Below, in pieces: positions 17,520-19,359 of a DNA stretch of 19,359 nucleotides. The notes beneath the pieces were generated by a model. It was not told the origin of the DNA. It did not search any database and saw nothing but the letters and a program-made list of their open reading frames with translations. The first letter of the stretch is position 1; each line of letters starts with the position of its first letter. The stretch is from positions 1 to 19,359 of the forward strand of contig CAZZIO010000068.1 in assembly GCA_964654465.1 (NCBI GenBank). The letters run 5' to 3'. Source of the stretch: an uncultured Dictyoglomota bacterium. Lineage in GTDB: Bacteria; Dictyoglomota; Dictyoglomia; Dictyoglomales; Dictyoglomaceae. The position numbers were made by a program, and so were the translations under genes.

Positions 17520-18565
17520 TTTTTAACTTCTCCTCCTTCGAAAAGTACTTTTCCTACAGAGATAGAAAGATTGTCTAAATTTTTAAAATATGTGTGCAAA
17601 GAAGAATAATAATTGTTTTCAGCCTTTATTAAATTTATTTCAGCATTCATTAGATCTAATTTCGTTATTAATCCAGCTTCAAATCGCGTTTTTGTAATAT
17701 TGTAATTCTCTTTAGCAAGATCCAAATTAATCTTTTGTAATTCTACTTCCTTCAAACTTGCATACAATTGGTCTAACCTTTGAGCTATAGTTAATTTTGT
17801 ACTATTCAATACCTGTTCTAAATTCATCTTTGCACTTTCCAATGAATTTTGGGATGACAAAAGAGTTGCTTTTGGTGTATATTCATTATTATAAAGCTTT
17901 ACTTGTAAATTATAGAGTTCAACATTATTACTTGCCTGTACAATATTTGTTAAATTCTCTTTTGCAAGATTAAAAAGATTATCCAACGTAAAGTTAAAAA
18001 CTACAAGATCTGGCTCTTTGAGGGTTATATTTTCCATAGGAGAGACCCCCAAGGTTTGCCAAAACTGACTCCAAGTTATAGCGAGATTATTCTCTGCTGA
18101 TTTTAACATATTTTGAGCAGACAAATAATTTATTTCTGCCTGTTTAACATCAGTGGCAGTTGCATTACCTAACTGAAATTTTAGCTTTACTGCATTCAGA
18201 TTTTCAAGATAATATTCTACTTGTTTTTTATATAATTTAACTTGTGCTTGTGCTTCTAAGACAGAAAAATAAGCATTTCTAACACTTTGAATTACTTGAA
18301 TTCTTGTATTATTATATTTTACCTGTTCAAGCTTTACATTTAATTCTGCTTGCTTTAAAGAGAGTATTAAAGTAGTTGGATCTTTCTTTTTATTTTCATA
18401 ATCAAAAACTGCATTATCCAAATTTATTTTCGCTACCAAAATATCTTTATTATTTTTTAAAGCAATATTTACTGCTTCATCAAAAGTTAATATCTTTAAT
18501 TCTTGAGAATAGCCTAACGTAAGAACCAAAAATGTTAAAACTAAAAAAGCCAATACTTTTCTCAT
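17516..18565 (-). CDS. Short TolC-family protein (alpha-helical repeats, apparently lacking beta-barrel strands)
   Basis: Signal peptide and two OEP repeats (LTFDEAVNIALKNN...VRNAYFSVL...KFQLGNATATDV; ...RFEAGLITKLDLMNAE). Only 349 aa. Confidence 0.85.
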   Translation of the reverse strand: MRKVLAFLVLTFLVLTLGYSQELKILTFDEAVNIALKNNKDILVAKINLDNAVFDYENKKKDPTTLILSLKQAELNVKLEQVKYNNTRIQVIQSVRNAYFSVLEAQAQVKLYKKQVEYYLENLNAVKLKFQLGNATATDVKQAEINYLSAQNMLKSAENNLAITWSQFWQTLGVSPMENITLKEPDLVVFNFTLDNLFNLAKENLTNIVQASNNVELYNLQVKLYNNEYTPKATLLSSQNSLESAKMNLEQVLNSTKLTIAQRLDQLYASLKEVELQKINLDLAKENYNITKTRFEAGLITKLDLMNAEINLIKAENNYYSSLHTYFKNLDNLSISVGKVLFEGGEVKK

Positions 18566-19359
18566 AGTAGATTACCCCCTAAATTTCCAAGAAGATTAGT
18601 TAATTGGACTCTTAAAAGATTATAATTTAAAATAGCATCTTCAAGATCATACTTGGCCTGTATAAATTCTATTTCATAACTCTTTAAATCCAAATCTGTA
18701 ATTAAGCCCAAACTATACCTTATCTTTTGAGCCTCAAAATTTAGTCTCTTTTGTTCTAAGGCAATCTCTTTCTGTTTTATAACGGATTGAGCTTGAATTA
18801 GATTATAATAGGTCTTCCAGAAATTAAGTTCTACCTCTTTCTTAGTTTTCTCAAAATTAATCCGCGTTTGTTTCAAGGAAAGTTCTGCTTGTGTTTTATT
18901 TATATTACTACTTCCTCCATCCAAGATAGGAATACTAAACTGAATCTTGATATTCCATGACTCTTTACTCGAACTTATTGTATCTCCAAAAGTTTGATCT
19001 GTATTAAATGATAAAAGATAGTTTTTTGTATTAAAGGAGGCATTATAAGATGCATTTCCAGTATTGTAATTTCCACTAAATGAGATACCCCAAGATGGAA
19101 GATATGCTTTATCTAAATTAAGCTTACTTTTTTCTAATTCTAAGCTCGCATTTTTTACACTTAAATTATTAGTATAAAGTTTACTCAAAAGATCTTCAGG
19201 TTTGTCTTCTATTTCATCATATTTAATATCAATTTTTACCGGAACTCTTGGTAAGGTTGTTCCTAAAAGATTTTCAAGGGACTTATATGCTAATTCTAAA
19301 TTACTTTTTGCTGAGTTATAATTAGTCTCTGCCAATTTTTCCCTTTGTTTATAATCCAA
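18562..19359 (-). CDS. TolC-family outer membrane protein, 5'-truncated by window edge
   Basis: Second OEP repeat with YLP...FSIPILDGG beta region, YYNLIQA and RYSLGLITDLDL. The ORF runs off the window, so the listed 'M' is an edge artefact. Confidence 0.88.
   Translation of the reverse strand: MDYKQREKLAETNYNSAKSNLELAYKSLENLLGTTLPRVPVKIDIKYDEIEDKPEDLLSKLYTNNLSVKNASLELEKSKLNLDKAYLPSWGISFSGNYNTGNASYNASFNTKNYLLSFNTDQTFGDTISSSKESWNIKIQFSIPILDGGSSNINKTQAELSLKQTRINFEKTKKEVELNFWKTYYNLIQAQSVIKQKEIALEQKRLNFEAQKIRYSLGLITDLDLKSYEIEFIQAKYDLEDAILNYNLLRVQLTNLLGNLGGNLL

Noticed and set aside
12878-17526. Short plus-strand ORFs 12878-13129, 13562-13840 and 17299-17526
   Set aside because: Antisense to glpK or the adaptor gene; no recognisable features.
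1-19359. CRISPR arrays, tRNA/rRNA, IS elements, defence systems
   Set aside because: No regularly spaced repeats, RNA-gene signatures or transposase/integrase ORFs were seen. Intergenic gaps are short and accounted for.

Overview
AT-rich bacterial chromosomal window from a diderm organism (TolC-family and RseB-like genes). Composition and gene content resemble Dictyoglomus, but this is an inference. From left to right it holds: (i) a GntR-HTH/LacI-sensor (AraR-type) regulator divergent from a DUF296/PPC + RraA/HMG-aldolase-like pair; (ii) a cytoplasmic GH3 beta-xylosidase-like gene converging on a perfect 16-bp hairpin terminator; (iii) DegV; (iv) a sigma70 promoter, FMN riboswitch with two extra hairpins, terminator/antiterminator and a RibU-type ECF S-component; (v) an apparently leaderless EamA transporter; (vi) DUF151 nuclease-purH-HhH-GPD glycosylase; (vii) a long minus-strand run: TolC, short TolC, MacA-like adaptor, MacB-like permease without ATPase, secreted Gln-rich protein, glpK, secreted helical protein, ECF sigma, zinc anti-sigma and RseB/MucB-like protein. 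The most striking observation is the TolC pair. One member lacks the beta-barrel hairpins in both repeats, while its neighbour appears to carry extra amphipathic strands, which suggests a heteromeric outer-membrane channel. A candidate autoregulatory ECF promoter overlaps the glpK stop codon. No CRISPR array, tRNA/rRNA or mobile element was seen.
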